DNA from: an uncultured Acidobacteriota bacterium
Lineage (GTDB): Bacteria > Acidobacteriota > Polarisedimenticolia > Polarisedimenticolales > DASRJG01
Reading direction: 5' to 3'
NCBI GenBank assembly: GCA_964628935.1
Contig: CAZVOE010000004.1
Coordinates: forward strand, 1-61,470
Length of the DNA stretch: 61,470 nt
Shown: one piece after another, positions 19,139 through 28,989 of the stretch
Position numbering within the stretch: position 1 is the stretch's first letter
Layout: each line of letters starts with the position of its first letter
The notes under the pieces: generated by a model
Told to the model about the DNA's origin: nothing
The model's input: only the letters and a program-made list of their open reading frames with translations
Database searches by the model: none
Translations under genes and position numbers: made by a program

Positions 19139-19702
19139 ATGACGCGAAACCGGGTCTTCGCAGCGACGATTGCGCTTTTCGCCCTCTCCTCCGGAGTTCC
19201 GACTAGGGCCGACGACTCCCACGCCGATCACCCCCGGGCGGTTCCGCGACCGGACGCGATCGTCGATGCGTCGACGTTGCAGCGGCCGGAAGCACCGGCC
19301 GGGGTGAGCGACCTCGACTGGAAGGATCTCTTCCGTCCGCCGGGGCGGTACGGACTCGAGTACACCGAACGCGCCCGGTCCCTCGACGGCAAGACCGTCC
19401 GGCTCCTCGGATTCATGGTGCGGCGGGACAAGCCGGTGCCCGGGACGTTGCTTCTCACGCCGTACCCGATGTCGCTTCCAGAGCGGGAGTACGCTCAGGC
19501 GGACGAGCTTCCCCCGACCACGGTGCTCGTGACGGTGCCCGATCGCGCGGGCCAAGCCGTCCCGTACACGCCCGGACCGCTCCTGCTGACCGGCACGCTC
19601 CGACTCGGAAATCGCGAGGAACCGGACGGCCGTCGGTTCGACGTACGTCTCGAACTCGATCCGCAACCACACACATCAGACCAAGGAGGAACGTCCCGAT
19701 GA
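19139..19702 (+). CDS. secreted hypothetical protein, DUF3299-like pattern (tentative)
   Basis: Signal peptide MTRNRVFAATIALFALSSGVPTRA, preceded by GAGAGGAG. LDGKTVRLLGFMVRRDKPVPGTLLLTPYPM resembles the DUF3299 core. The family call is from memory only. Confidence 0.55.
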   Translation: MTRNRVFAATIALFALSSGVPTRADDSHADHPRAVPRPDAIVDASTLQRPEAPAGVSDLDWKDLFRPPGRYGLEYTERARSLDGKTVRLLGFMVRRDKPVPGTLLLTPYPMSLPEREYAQADELPPTTVLVTVPDRAGQAVPYTPGPLLLTGTLRLGNREEPDGRRFDVRLELDPQPHTSDQGGTSR

Positions 19703-21720
19703 ACCCGAAACGAATCCTCGTCGGCGCCGCGGTCGCGGCAGCCCTGGCCGGACCGGCGTCCGCCGCGCCCACCGTGCGGCGTCTGACGCCCCCGTCGAAC
19801 CTGTTCAGCAACGGTCGAGCGGAGCCGATCGTGGCGCGCTTCCTTCCGGGTCAGCGCTTCGACCTCCAGGCGACCATCACGCCCGATTCGGGCCTGACGA
19901 TTCCGGAGGTTCGCTTCTTCGTCGACGGAAACCCGATTCCCGGTTCCGTGGCCTTCTACCCCGCCGACGCTCCCGGCGTTCCGACGGGCTCCGTCGTCGC
20001 CACCCTCCGCGCCTACGCGCTCGAGGCACCGGGCGTCCACACGCTCGCCGTCCGGGCGACGCAGGACGACGGCCAGGTCGCCACCGCCGAGGGGAACTTC
20101 GAGGTCGTGTCGATCGAGCGGGGAGGTCTCAAGGCCAAGAACGTGATCTTCATGATCGGAGACGGCATGGGGATCGCCCACCGCACCGCGGCGCGGATCG
20201 TGCTCCGGGGCGTGTCCCAAGGGAAGGCCAACGGTCTCCTCGAGATGGACACGTTTCCGACGACGGGGATCGTGGTCACGCACTCGCTGAACTCGATCGT
20301 TACCGACTCGTCCCCCGGCGCCGCCTGCTACGCTTCCGGGAACAAGGCGAATAACAACCAGCAGAACGTCTTTCCGGACGACACCCGCGCCAACTTCGAC
20401 AACCCGCGGGTGGAACACGTCGGCGAGTACCTCGCTCGCACGAAGGGCAAGTCGCTCGGGATCGTGACGACCTCGGACGTGTTCGACGCCACCCCTGGAT
20501 CCTTCGGTTCGCACACCCAGTCTCGGGGGGCTGGGACCGGGATCGTGGACCAGTACCTCGACGAGTCGGAGCGGATGGGACTGAAGGTCCTGCTCGGTGG
20601 CGGGCGCAAGTGGTACCTGCCGGCGGGAACGCCGGGTTCGGCCCGGTCGTCGTCGTCCGACTACGTCCTTCCCGACGATCTCGTCGCCGGGTGGGGCGTC
20701 GCGGCGGGCGCAATCGATCCGTCGCGGGACCTCATTGCCGACCATCAGGCGCGAGGATGGACCTACGTGGCCGACGCGACCGAACTCCGCGCGGCCGATG
20801 CGGAACGACTCCTCGGGCTGTTCTCCTACTCGAACATGAACGTCGCCCTCGACAAGATCGCGGGTCGCCGAGGCGAGTCCACGGTCGTGAACGACTACCA
20901 GTTCCCAGACCAGCCGATGCTCGACGAGATGACGGAGAAGGCTCTCGAAGTGCTCGCGAAGGACAGCGACGGTTTCACGCTCATGGTCGAGGCGGCCTCG
21001 ATCGACAAGCAGGCCCACAACATGGACACCGAGCGTTGGATCCTCGACACGATCGAGTTCGACCGGGCGATCGGAGTCGCGAAGCGGTTCGCGGAAGAAA
21101 ACGAAGACACCCTCGTGATCGTGACCGCGGATCACGAGTGCGCCGGCGTCAACATCATCGGCGGCTCCCGCCTGAGCGACGCGGACCTCGCGGCACGCGG
21201 GCAGTCGGGAGGCGGGGCCTCCCAGCTGCGGAACGGCGTCGTCGGGACCTACGAGGCGGCCGGGTTCCCGCGCTACGAGATCGCGGAAGACGGCTACCCC
21301 GTGACGACCGACGTGGATCGCCGCATGCTGATCGGTTACGCCGCGAACGCCGACCGCTACGAGGACTGGAGGACCAACGAGCGGCCTCTGCGCGACTCCC
21401 AGCAGCCGTTCAACAACGAAGCCCCGCTCAACACCTACCCGAGCGGTCCGCTCGCCCAAGACGTCGCTGGGCAGTTCCTCGTGACGGGTCAGCTCGGGGA
21501 CACGGTCGCCGCGCACACGGCGTCGGACATCCCCCTGTCGGCCTTCGGTCGCGGTCACGCCCTCTTCACCGGGGTGATGGACAACACCGACGTGTTCTTC
21601 AGGGCGATGCAGGCGGTGCTCGGTGGGGTCAACCCCGCCACGAACGGCGAGCGGCCCGGCCCGCGCGTCAACGGGTTCCGCTCCGGCTCCGCGCGCGGAG
21701 TGACGACGCTTTCGCGCTGA
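19699..21720 (+). CDS. alkaline phosphatase (PhoA family) with ~150-aa N-terminal Ig-like extension
   Basis: Signal peptide. FMIGDGMGIAHR and SIVTDSSPGAACYASG (Ser nucleophile context), ADHECAG, AHTASDIP. ATGA overlap with the upstream gene. Confidence 0.9.
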   Translation: MNPKRILVGAAVAAALAGPASAAPTVRRLTPPSNLFSNGRAEPIVARFLPGQRFDLQATITPDSGLTIPEVRFFVDGNPIPGSVAFYPADAPGVPTGSVVATLRAYALEAPGVHTLAVRATQDDGQVATAEGNFEVVSIERGGLKAKNVIFMIGDGMGIAHRTAARIVLRGVSQGKANGLLEMDTFPTTGIVVTHSLNSIVTDSSPGAACYASGNKANNNQQNVFPDDTRANFDNPRVEHVGEYLARTKGKSLGIVTTSDVFDATPGSFGSHTQSRGAGTGIVDQYLDESERMGLKVLLGGGRKWYLPAGTPGSARSSSSDYVLPDDLVAGWGVAAGAIDPSRDLIADHQARGWTYVADATELRAADAERLLGLFSYSNMNVALDKIAGRRGESTVVNDYQFPDQPMLDEMTEKALEVLAKDSDGFTLMVEAASIDKQAHNMDTERWILDTIEFDRAIGVAKRFAEENEDTLVIVTADHECAGVNIIGGSRLSDADLAARGQSGGGASQLRNGVVGTYEAAGFPRYEIAEDGYPVTTDVDRRMLIGYAANADRYEDWRTNERPLRDSQQPFNNEAPLNTYPSGPLAQDVAGQFLVTGQLGDTVAAHTASDIPLSAFGRGHALFTGVMDNTDVFFRAMQAVLGGVNPATNGERPGPRVNGFRSGSARGVTTLSR

Positions 21721-21744
21721 GCCGCCCACCCGGCTCGGCTCTTG

Positions 21745-21780
21745 GGGGCGCCTCGCGGCAACGCGGGGCGCCCCTTGTTT
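21745..21780 (+). terminator. Rho-independent terminator after the PhoA-type gene, between convergent genes
   Basis: GGGGCGCCTCGCG-GCAA-CGCGGGGCGCCCC forms a ~13-bp GC stem with a GCAA loop, followed by TTGTTT. Confidence 0.65.
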
Positions 21781-24482
21781 CATGGGAGCAGCTCGGTCGT
21801 GACCGTCGCTCCCCCCATCTCGGGTACGACGCTCGTGACCTTGACGACCTTCCGTGACGCCCTGCAGATCCACACGGACGCCTTCTCGGCTCCTCCCTCG
21901 GCGGGGGAGACGTCGACCCGCCAGGCCTCGAAGGTCCCCGCGGGGACGGTCACCGTCTCGATCGCCGAGACGGCGAGCCGCATGACCTTCTCCTTCTGGA
22001 ACCGGACGTCGAAGTTCCGATAGGCCGTCTCGTATCCCGGTTCGAGCGGCAGGGCCGCGATCGCCTCGAACGCTCCTGCGCCGTCGGCGAAGAGCGCCCC
22101 TCCGAGGTCGACCGAGACGGGCCGGGGCTCGCCCCCCATCGCCATGGTGCCGGCGATCTTCCCGTTCTCTACCTTCAGATCGATCTGGACCGGTCCCTGC
22201 CGGACCGAGCGGGAGATCAGCGTCAGGGAGCCCTTGGCGAGAGTCGTGCGGTCCTCCGCTTGCCCCATCGGCGACGAGACTTTGTCGATGACGGTCCAGG
22301 TCTCGCCCGTGTCCTCGATCGTCCGTCCGATCGAAAGGGAGATCGACTGTCCTCCTGCCTCGATCCTGGACTCGTACCGGAACGTTCCCGGTACGAGCGC
22401 GGCCGAGGGCGTCGGGGCGCCGACGGCGGCGGCGACCCGCTTCGGGAGCGTCACCGTCTTGACGTCGACCGTCAGCTCCCGGAGCCGCGTCGCCACCTCG
22501 GGGGTCATGCTCTCCTGGAAACGCCCCCCGAGGTGCTTCGCGAGGAACTTCTCGGTGGAGGCGAACATCGCCATGTTGTTCACCGGGCGCGCGAAGCCGT
22601 GGCCCTCGTCCGGGGCGACGAGGTACTCGACGGGGAAACCCCGGTCCCTCAGGGCGACGACGATCTGGTCGGATTCGGCCTGCTTGACCCGCGGATCGTT
22701 CGCTCCCTGGACGACGAGGAGGGGCGTCTTGATCTTCCCCGCGGAACTCAGCGGCGACTGCCGTTCCAGCTGCGCCTTCCCCTCGGGCGTCGACGGATCG
22801 CCCATCCGGAAGTGGAAGATCGTCCGGATCGCTTCCCAGTAGGGAGGGATGCTGTCGAGGAGTGTGATCAGGTTCGAGGGCCCGACGATCGAGACTCCCG
22901 CGGCGTAGACGTCGGGGGTGAAGGCGAGGCCGGCGAGGGTGGCGTACCCGCCGTAGGAGCCGCCCATGATCCCCACGCGCTTCGGGTCGACGACGCCCTG
23001 AGAGACGAGGTGCTTGACCCCCCACGTCAGGTCGTCCTGCATCTTCTGTCCCCATTCATTGTTCCCGGCGTTCAGGAAGTCCTTGCCGTACCCGGTCGAT
23101 CCCCGAAAGTTCGGCTGGAGGACGGCGTAGCCGCGATTGGCCAAGAACTGCGCGAACGCGTCGTACCCCCAGGAATCGCGCGCCCACGGGCCGCCGTGGG
23201 GGACGACGACGAGCGGGAGCCCCTTCGAGGGAACCCCCTTGGGGACGGTCAGGAACGCCGGGATCTCGCGGCCGTCGGAGGAGGGGTACGAAATCGCCTG
23301 CATCGGCGCGAGGTGCTCGCGAGGAAGGTCCTCGAAGACCCGGTACTGGAACTCGAGCTTTCCGCTCTTCCGGTCGTAGAGCCAGCGCTCTCCCGGCTCC
23401 GTGTCGCTCCCCGCGGCGATCAGGAAGAGTCGCTCGTCGGCGGTCGTCGACCCGAGGCTGACCTCCTTCCCCGGGAGTTTCTTTCGGATCCGCTCGTAGT
23501 CGGCCTTCCAGATGTCGTCCCTCCAGTAGATCCGGGTCCGCTCGTCCTCGTACGCCGTTCCGACGAGCTCCTCGCTGACCTCGGAGAAGATTGGGGAGCC
23601 GAAGTCCACCCGTCCTTCGGGGTCCGACTCGACGAGCTCCTCCTTGCGGGATTCGGGGTCGAACAGGACGAGGCGGGTGAGGTCGACGCCGTCCCCCTTG
23701 TTGGTGACCATGTAGATCCTCTTCCCGTCCTTGTGGAAGCGGGCTGGACCGCAGGTCTCGAAAACGCTGCAGGAATACACCTCGGTGAATCCGGCCTCGT
23801 CGACGCGCAAGATCTGGGTGGAGCCGCTCTCGGCGATGCGTACGGCGAGCCGTAGATTCCCCGCGAGGTCGAAGAACCAGGAGGCTATCCGGGCGTCGTT
23901 CTTCCGGAGGAGTGTCCGCTCCCCGGTCGAGATCTTGACCCGGTAGAGGTCGTGCCAGGCGGGGTCGCGGTCGTTGAGCCCCACGTAGATCACGTCCGGG
24001 TCGGTCTTCGGGACCGAGTAGATCATCGCCCGCACTTTCTCCAGCTCGGTGAGGTTTCGCGGGGTGGGGACCTTCGCTCCCTTCGCGGGCTCGGCGGATG
24101 GGTCGACGGCGTAGACGTTGTAGTTCTCGTCCCCGCCCCGGTCCTGGACGAAGAGGACGAAGCGGCTGTCGCGGGACCAGAAGAAGGCGGGAATGGGCCG
24201 CTTCGTGTCCGCAGTCAGCGGCTTCGCCTTGTCGAACGAAGCGCCGGTCTTCTTGACCCAAATGTTCCGCGTGCCGTCGAGCGGCTTGATGAAGGCGACG
24301 AACTTCCCGTCGGGGGAGAGTTGCGCTCCCGAGATCTCGGGGTCCCCGAAGAACGCCTCGCGGTCGATGAGCGGCGGGAGCGACGCCGTCTTGGCGGACG
24401 CCGGTGTCGCGAGGAGGAGGGCGGCCGCCGCGAGGGCGAGCGCCGCCGAGGTCCGAAGGGTGCGGGGGGTGAAGATCGGCAT
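21780..24482 (-). CDS. S9 family serine peptidase (prolyl oligopeptidase/dipeptidyl-peptidase type) with N-terminal beta-propeller and extra ~240-aa C-terminal domain
   Basis: Signal peptide. Catalytic triad contexts GIMGGSYGGYATL (Ser), VVQGANDPRV (Asp), PDEGHGF (His). C-terminal tail with DUF3108/LolA-like beta-rich composition. Confidence 0.9.
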   Translation of the reverse strand: MPIFTPRTLRTSAALALAAAALLLATPASAKTASLPPLIDREAFFGDPEISGAQLSPDGKFVAFIKPLDGTRNIWVKKTGASFDKAKPLTADTKRPIPAFFWSRDSRFVLFVQDRGGDENYNVYAVDPSAEPAKGAKVPTPRNLTELEKVRAMIYSVPKTDPDVIYVGLNDRDPAWHDLYRVKISTGERTLLRKNDARIASWFFDLAGNLRLAVRIAESGSTQILRVDEAGFTEVYSCSVFETCGPARFHKDGKRIYMVTNKGDGVDLTRLVLFDPESRKEELVESDPEGRVDFGSPIFSEVSEELVGTAYEDERTRIYWRDDIWKADYERIRKKLPGKEVSLGSTTADERLFLIAAGSDTEPGERWLYDRKSGKLEFQYRVFEDLPREHLAPMQAISYPSSDGREIPAFLTVPKGVPSKGLPLVVVPHGGPWARDSWGYDAFAQFLANRGYAVLQPNFRGSTGYGKDFLNAGNNEWGQKMQDDLTWGVKHLVSQGVVDPKRVGIMGGSYGGYATLAGLAFTPDVYAAGVSIVGPSNLITLLDSIPPYWEAIRTIFHFRMGDPSTPEGKAQLERQSPLSSAGKIKTPLLVVQGANDPRVKQAESDQIVVALRDRGFPVEYLVAPDEGHGFARPVNNMAMFASTEKFLAKHLGGRFQESMTPEVATRLRELTVDVKTVTLPKRVAAAVGAPTPSAALVPGTFRYESRIEAGGQSISLSIGRTIEDTGETWTVIDKVSSPMGQAEDRTTLAKGSLTLISRSVRQGPVQIDLKVENGKIAGTMAMGGEPRPVSVDLGGALFADGAGAFEAIAALPLEPGYETAYRNFDVRFQKEKVMRLAVSAIETVTVPAGTFEAWRVDVSPAEGGAEKASVWICRASRKVVKVTSVVPEMGGATVTTELLP

Positions 24483-24569
24483 GGATCACCTCGATGGCGG
24501 CGGTGCGGGCGGACCCGCCCGACCGCTGGAACTCTGAGTACGGTCCGCAACGAGGAGGGTTTCACCCCC

Positions 24570-26306
24570 TCAGAAGAGGATCGGCGCGTCCGACCCCGAA
24601 GGCCGCGAAACGCCGAGCAGGAGCGAAAGGGTGGGCGCGATCGACGCAGGACCGACCCGGTCGGTCCGCACGCCGGAGGGGAGGCCGAAGCCGCCGATCA
24701 ATACCGGGACCTCCGCGTCGTACGCCCACGCTTGCGAGTGGTTGGCCGGGTACGGGGCCTCTTCGCCGACCGATTCCTCGACGAGGTCGGACATCGCGAA
24801 CGGCTCCATGACGACGACGAGATCGCCGGAGCGCTCGGGATGGAACCCGCGGGAAACGGCGTGTCCGATCGGTGTATCGGGAAGGCGCCCCTCGACGACC
24901 GCGGTCCGGCCGAAGGCGGCGTAGACCCCCGGAAGGCGCGCCACTCCTCGCGCGGCGGCCTCCTCGGCGGCGGCCCGCGTCGGGGCCTTCGCGAGCGCGT
25001 CGGGGGCGAACCAGAGGTACGGCTCGTGGAAAGCGTTTCCCCCCTCGTCCGTTTTCAAGAGCCAACGGCCTTCGCCGAATGTCTCGTCGAGCGCCTCCTC
25101 GGCGGCGTCCTCGATCCGTTTCGAGAGAACTCGACGCGCGCCGATTCGGTGGGCCGCGAGGTCCTCTGGAGGAGGCGCGATCCCGTGGTCGCTCGAAACC
25201 ACGACGACGACGGAGGCGAGTCCTCCCGGAACCTCGGCCTCGAGGAAGCGCAGGAAGTCGGAGAGCGCGCGGTCGGCGCGGAGGAACGCGTCGAGCGTCT
25301 CGGGGGCGTAGGGGCCCCACGCGTGCCCGATCCAGTCGCCCGCGGAGAGGCCGAGCGTCAGGAGGTCCGGCACCGCGTTCTTCCCGAGGCCGATCTCCCT
25401 CACCGCGCGGCGCGCGGCCGCGAAGACGGCGTCGTTCGCGAACGGGGTGCGGAGGAATTCCTTCGCGGTCTCCTTTCCCTCCGCGATGCGGTGGGGAAAT
25501 GCCGCCCCCATGCCGAGCGGGCCCTTCCAGCCCGGAAAGGAAAGGGAGCGCGCCCTGCCCTCCAGCCCGGCCTTCACCGTCTCGGGGAGCGGTTCCCAGA
25601 CCCGGCCGGCGGGGTTCTTCAAAGGGGCGAGGACGTCCTCCGCCGACAGCCAGGAAGGCAGGCCCCCCTCGGGGAGATAGGCGCGGCTCGAGATCCAGCG
25701 AAGGTCGCCCGTGTCGAGCCAGAGAACGAGATCGGCGGCGTGGCCGGCCATGAGGATCGCGGCGCGGTCCTTGACCGCGATCGAGACGGTGTGGGACCGC
25801 CCCGCCGTCGCCATCTCGAGTTCGTCCCCGACGGTCGTCACGCGGAGATTCGCCGGGCCGACGGGGGGAAGGGTGCGCCCCGGGGGGAGGCCGACGATCG
25901 TCCCCTTCGGGTCCTCGACGCAGTAGACGGGCTTCCCCATCGCCGGGTCGATCCAGTCGTTCCCCACGATTCCCGTCGCGTACGGGTCGGCCCCCGTGAG
26001 AAGGACCGCGTGCCCCGGGCCGGTTTCGTTCGGGACGTGGGTGAACCGGGAATCGGCGAACCACGTCCCCTCGGTCGTCAGCCAACGGAATCCCCCGACG
26101 CGCCCCTGTGCATCGCGCGCCGGAAGGAGGAGGTCGGGCCAGCGCCTCAGGTAGTCGGCCCGGAAGAGGTCGAGGGAAACGACGACCGCGAGGCGGGGGC
26201 GGATTCCGTCGGAGAGGTTGCGGCGGAAGTCGGCGGCGGAGCGCGCCGCGGGAGGGAACGACAGGGAGGCGGCGAGGACGACGAGGAGTCGCGACGGTTT
26301 CGGCAT
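24570..26306 (-). CDS. alkaline phosphatase-superfamily nucleotide pyrophosphatase/phosphodiesterase (NPP/PafA-like), secreted
   Basis: Signal peptide MPKPSRLLVVLAASLSFPPAARSA. VVVSLDLFRADYL, PNETGPGHAVLLTGADP (Thr nucleophile context), VVSSDHG. Confidence 0.85.
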   Translation of the reverse strand: MPKPSRLLVVLAASLSFPPAARSAADFRRNLSDGIRPRLAVVVSLDLFRADYLRRWPDLLLPARDAQGRVGGFRWLTTEGTWFADSRFTHVPNETGPGHAVLLTGADPYATGIVGNDWIDPAMGKPVYCVEDPKGTIVGLPPGRTLPPVGPANLRVTTVGDELEMATAGRSHTVSIAVKDRAAILMAGHAADLVLWLDTGDLRWISSRAYLPEGGLPSWLSAEDVLAPLKNPAGRVWEPLPETVKAGLEGRARSLSFPGWKGPLGMGAAFPHRIAEGKETAKEFLRTPFANDAVFAAARRAVREIGLGKNAVPDLLTLGLSAGDWIGHAWGPYAPETLDAFLRADRALSDFLRFLEAEVPGGLASVVVVVSSDHGIAPPPEDLAAHRIGARRVLSKRIEDAAEEALDETFGEGRWLLKTDEGGNAFHEPYLWFAPDALAKAPTRAAAEEAAARGVARLPGVYAAFGRTAVVEGRLPDTPIGHAVSRGFHPERSGDLVVVMEPFAMSDLVEESVGEEAPYPANHSQAWAYDAEVPVLIGGFGLPSGVRTDRVGPASIAPTLSLLLGVSRPSGSDAPILF

Positions 26307-26359
26307 GGCCTCTCATTGGAACCGGAGCGCGGAGGTGAGTCAACGGTCGCGCTTTTCGT

Positions 26360-27040
26360 TCAAGCCCCCCCCGCATCCCGGATCGCCCGCTTCGCCAGAC
26401 GCGCCACCCACACCGTGACGAGGATCGCGGCGCCCGCTCCCGCGATCTGGAGCGCGGTCCGTATCGTGGACGCCGTTCCGGAAGCGGCGGTCGCGGCCAC
26501 CGAGCCGAGATAGACGTAGGCGATCGTCCCCGGAACCATCCCGACGACGGTCGCGACGGAATAGGGGAGAGCGCCGACCCCGGTGAGGCCGAAGAGGTAG
26601 TTCACGTAGGTGAACGGGAAGACCGGCGAGAGCCGCACGAGGAAGACGATCCGTCCTCCCTCGCGCGCGACGGCGCCGTCGAGGGCCCGGAACCGCGGGT
26701 TCTCCGCAGCCCACGACTCGACGCGCGCGCGGAAGGCGGTCCGCGCGAGGAGGAACGAGAGCACCGCCCCGAGGCTTGCCCCGGCGAGGACGACGAGCGC
26801 CCCCGGCCAGAGGCCGTACACCGCCCCGGCCCCGAGCGTCAGGATCGAGGCGGGGACGAAGGCGACCACGCACGCCGCGTACACGAGCGCGAAGACGACC
26901 ATCCCGAGAATGCCCCGCCCGTCTGCCCACCCCTGGAGTGCGCCGAGCCACTCCCCGACCGGAAGCGTGCGCGCCAGGGCGACGAGCGCGATCGCCGCGA
27001 CGACAGCGAGGACGACCCGGGCGTTCAGCCTCGAAGCCAT
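26360..27040 (-). CDS. TVP38/TMEM64 (DedA-related) family membrane protein
   Basis: From ATG at 27040: multi-TM protein with VFALVYAACVVAFVPASILTLGAGAVYG and RLSPVFPFTYVNYLFGLT. Confidence 0.85.
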   Translation of the reverse strand: MASRLNARVVLAVVAAIALVALARTLPVGEWLGALQGWADGRGILGMVVFALVYAACVVAFVPASILTLGAGAVYGLWPGALVVLAGASLGAVLSFLLARTAFRARVESWAAENPRFRALDGAVAREGGRIVFLVRLSPVFPFTYVNYLFGLTGVGALPYSVATVVGMVPGTIAYVYLGSVAATAASGTASTIRTALQIAGAGAAILVTVWVARLAKRAIRDAGGA

Positions 27041-28410
27041 GCGTACACCTTCATCAGACGCGCCTTCAGGCCGGGAGAGAGCCGGGTCCGCATATACGCG
27101 TCCCCTGCGGCGCGGTGGATCTCCGAGAGGGAAGGATAAGGGTGGATGGTCGCCGAGAGCCGGGAGAGGGTGATTCCGTGTTTCTTGGCCACGACCAGCT
27201 CCCCGAGCAGGTCCCCCGCGCGGGGGTGCACGATCGTCGCCCCGAGGATCCTCCCCCGGCGATCGGCGACGACTTTCGAGAAAAGCCCCTCGTGCGTTTC
27301 GTCGGCGAGCGCGCGGTCGTTTCCGGAGAATTCGACGCGGAACACCGTGTGCTCGATCCCCTTCGCACGCGCCTCCGTCTCGTTGAGGCCGACGCGCGCG
27401 ATCTCCGGCTCGGTGTAAGTGACCCAGGGGAGGTTCTCGCCGTCGAAGCGGGCCGTGAAAGGGAACAGGATGTTCCGGACCACGGTGCGCGCTTGGTGCC
27501 CTGCCCAATGGGTGAAGAGATAAGGGCCCGTCACGTCCCCCACCGCCCAGATGTTCCGCGCCGACGTTCGCCCGGTGTCGTCGGTCCGGATGCCGCGGCG
27601 GTCGTAGGCGACGCCGACCCGATCGAGGTTCAATCCTTCGACGTTCGCTTGGCGGCCGGCGGCGACGAGGATCGCCTCGACCTCGAACGATCGGGACTCG
27701 CGGCCGTCGATCGCGGAAGCGAGCACGACCGTTTTTCCGTTTCCCGATTCGACCCGCTCCACGCAAGAGCGGTCGAGGACGACGACGCCTTCGCCGCGAA
27801 GCCTGCCGGTCAGGACCTCCGCTGCGTCCGGGTCTTCTCTCGGCAGGAGGTGCTCGCCGTCGTTCACGATCGTCACGGAAGTTCCGAGTCGGGCGAAGGC
27901 CTGCCCCAGCTCGACTCCGATTGGACCCCCTCCGAGGACGAGGAGCGATCTCGGAAGCGAATCGATCTCGAAGATCGTCTCGTTCGTGTGGAAGCCCGCT
28001 TCGACGAGGCCGGGGATCTCGGGAACCCGCGGTCGCGACCCCGTGGCGATCACGAGGTGGCGGCCCCAGAGGATCTCTCCGGTCCCCTCGATCTCCACCT
28101 CGTGCGCGCTCCGGAGGCGCGCCGCGCCGAGGTGGATGTCGACACCGAGGCCCGTGAACCGCTCAATCGAGTCGTGCGGGGCGATCCGGCCCTGGACCGT
28201 CCGGACGTGGGCCATCGCCGCGGGGAACGGCATGCCGGCCTTCGCCGCGTGGAGAAGGGCCTTCGACGGGACGCATCCGGTGTTCAGGCAGTCTCCGCCC
28301 ATTCGGTTCTTTTCGATCAACGCCGCCTTGGCCCCGAGTCCGGCGGCGCCGGCGGCGACGGTCAGGCCGCCCGAGCCCGCTCCGATCACGACGACGTTGT
28401 AACGTTTCAC
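27025..28410 (-). CDS. class I pyridine nucleotide-disulfide oxidoreductase (dihydrolipoamide dehydrogenase / mercuric reductase-like); GTG start
   Basis: VVVIGAGSGGLTVA (FAD), GGDCLNTGCVPSK (redox disulfide), LLVLGGGPIGVELG (NAD), dimerisation-domain HPYPSLSE. Overlaps the TVP38 gene start by 16 nt. Confidence 0.9.
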   Translation of the reverse strand: MKRYNVVVIGAGSGGLTVAAGAAGLGAKAALIEKNRMGGDCLNTGCVPSKALLHAAKAGMPFPAAMAHVRTVQGRIAPHDSIERFTGLGVDIHLGAARLRSAHEVEIEGTGEILWGRHLVIATGSRPRVPEIPGLVEAGFHTNETIFEIDSLPRSLLVLGGGPIGVELGQAFARLGTSVTIVNDGEHLLPREDPDAAEVLTGRLRGEGVVVLDRSCVERVESGNGKTVVLASAIDGRESRSFEVEAILVAAGRQANVEGLNLDRVGVAYDRRGIRTDDTGRTSARNIWAVGDVTGPYLFTHWAGHQARTVVRNILFPFTARFDGENLPWVTYTEPEIARVGLNETEARAKGIEHTVFRVEFSGNDRALADETHEGLFSKVVADRRGRILGATIVHPRAGDLLGELVVAKKHGITLSRLSATIHPYPSLSEIHRAAGDAYMRTRLSPGLKARLMKVYAWLRG

Positions 28411-28590
28411 CGCTCCCTCCCGTCGTAGGTAGTATGCCGGGAGCGATCGACGGTTTCCGGAAATGCGGGGCGCGGGTCCGGTGCGGCGGTCGCCGCCGCA
28501 GCCATCGAGATCGAGGTCGGCGGACGCGGCAAACCGACGTGCACGGCCTCGGTCGCGCCGCTCAGGTGGATCGAGTAACCGAAGCCCTGA

Positions 28591-28989
28591 TCACCCGGAG
28601 ATTCGTTCGATTCCGGGAACGCCGTCGAATCCCGTGTCGAAGGTGAGGATTCGTTGCACGCTCTCGCGCTCCATCACGGCTACGTGGATCGCGTCGCGGG
28701 CGGAGAGGCTGCGCCGGCCGAGCACGATCGCCTTCGCCCGCTCGACGTCGGCGTCGTGGATCGAAAAGACCTCGTCGACGACGTCGTGGAGGACGTCGAA
28801 CGTCGGTTGGATCGCGTCGCGTCGCTTCACGGCGACAAAACGATGGAGGATCTCCTGGAACACTTCGACATCGGTGACCAGGCGCTCCCCGTCGGCGATG
28901 AAGCGCTCGAGGAGACGTCGCGCGTCGACCTTGTGCGGATGGGCCGAGCCGACGAGGTACATGGGGACGTTCGAGTCGACGAAGATCAT
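28591..28989 (-). CDS. vapC: PIN-domain toxin (VapC type)
   Basis: MIFVDSNVPMY (Asp), VFQEILH (Glu), SARDAIHVA (Asp), ILTFDTGF (Asp). 132 aa. Confidence 0.85.
   Translation of the reverse strand: MIFVDSNVPMYLVGSAHPHKVDARRLLERFIADGERLVTDVEVFQEILHRFVAVKRRDAIQPTFDVLHDVVDEVFSIHDADVERAKAIVLGRRSLSARDAIHVAVMERESVQRILTFDTGFDGVPGIERISG

Noticed and set aside
28411-28590. 180-nt gap between the oxidoreductase start and the vapC end, containing small ORFs (28434-28646 on plus; a ~32-codon minus-strand ORF ending at the GTG start).
   Set aside because: No SD, no motifs, Arg-rich translation. Treated as promoter/leader sequence.
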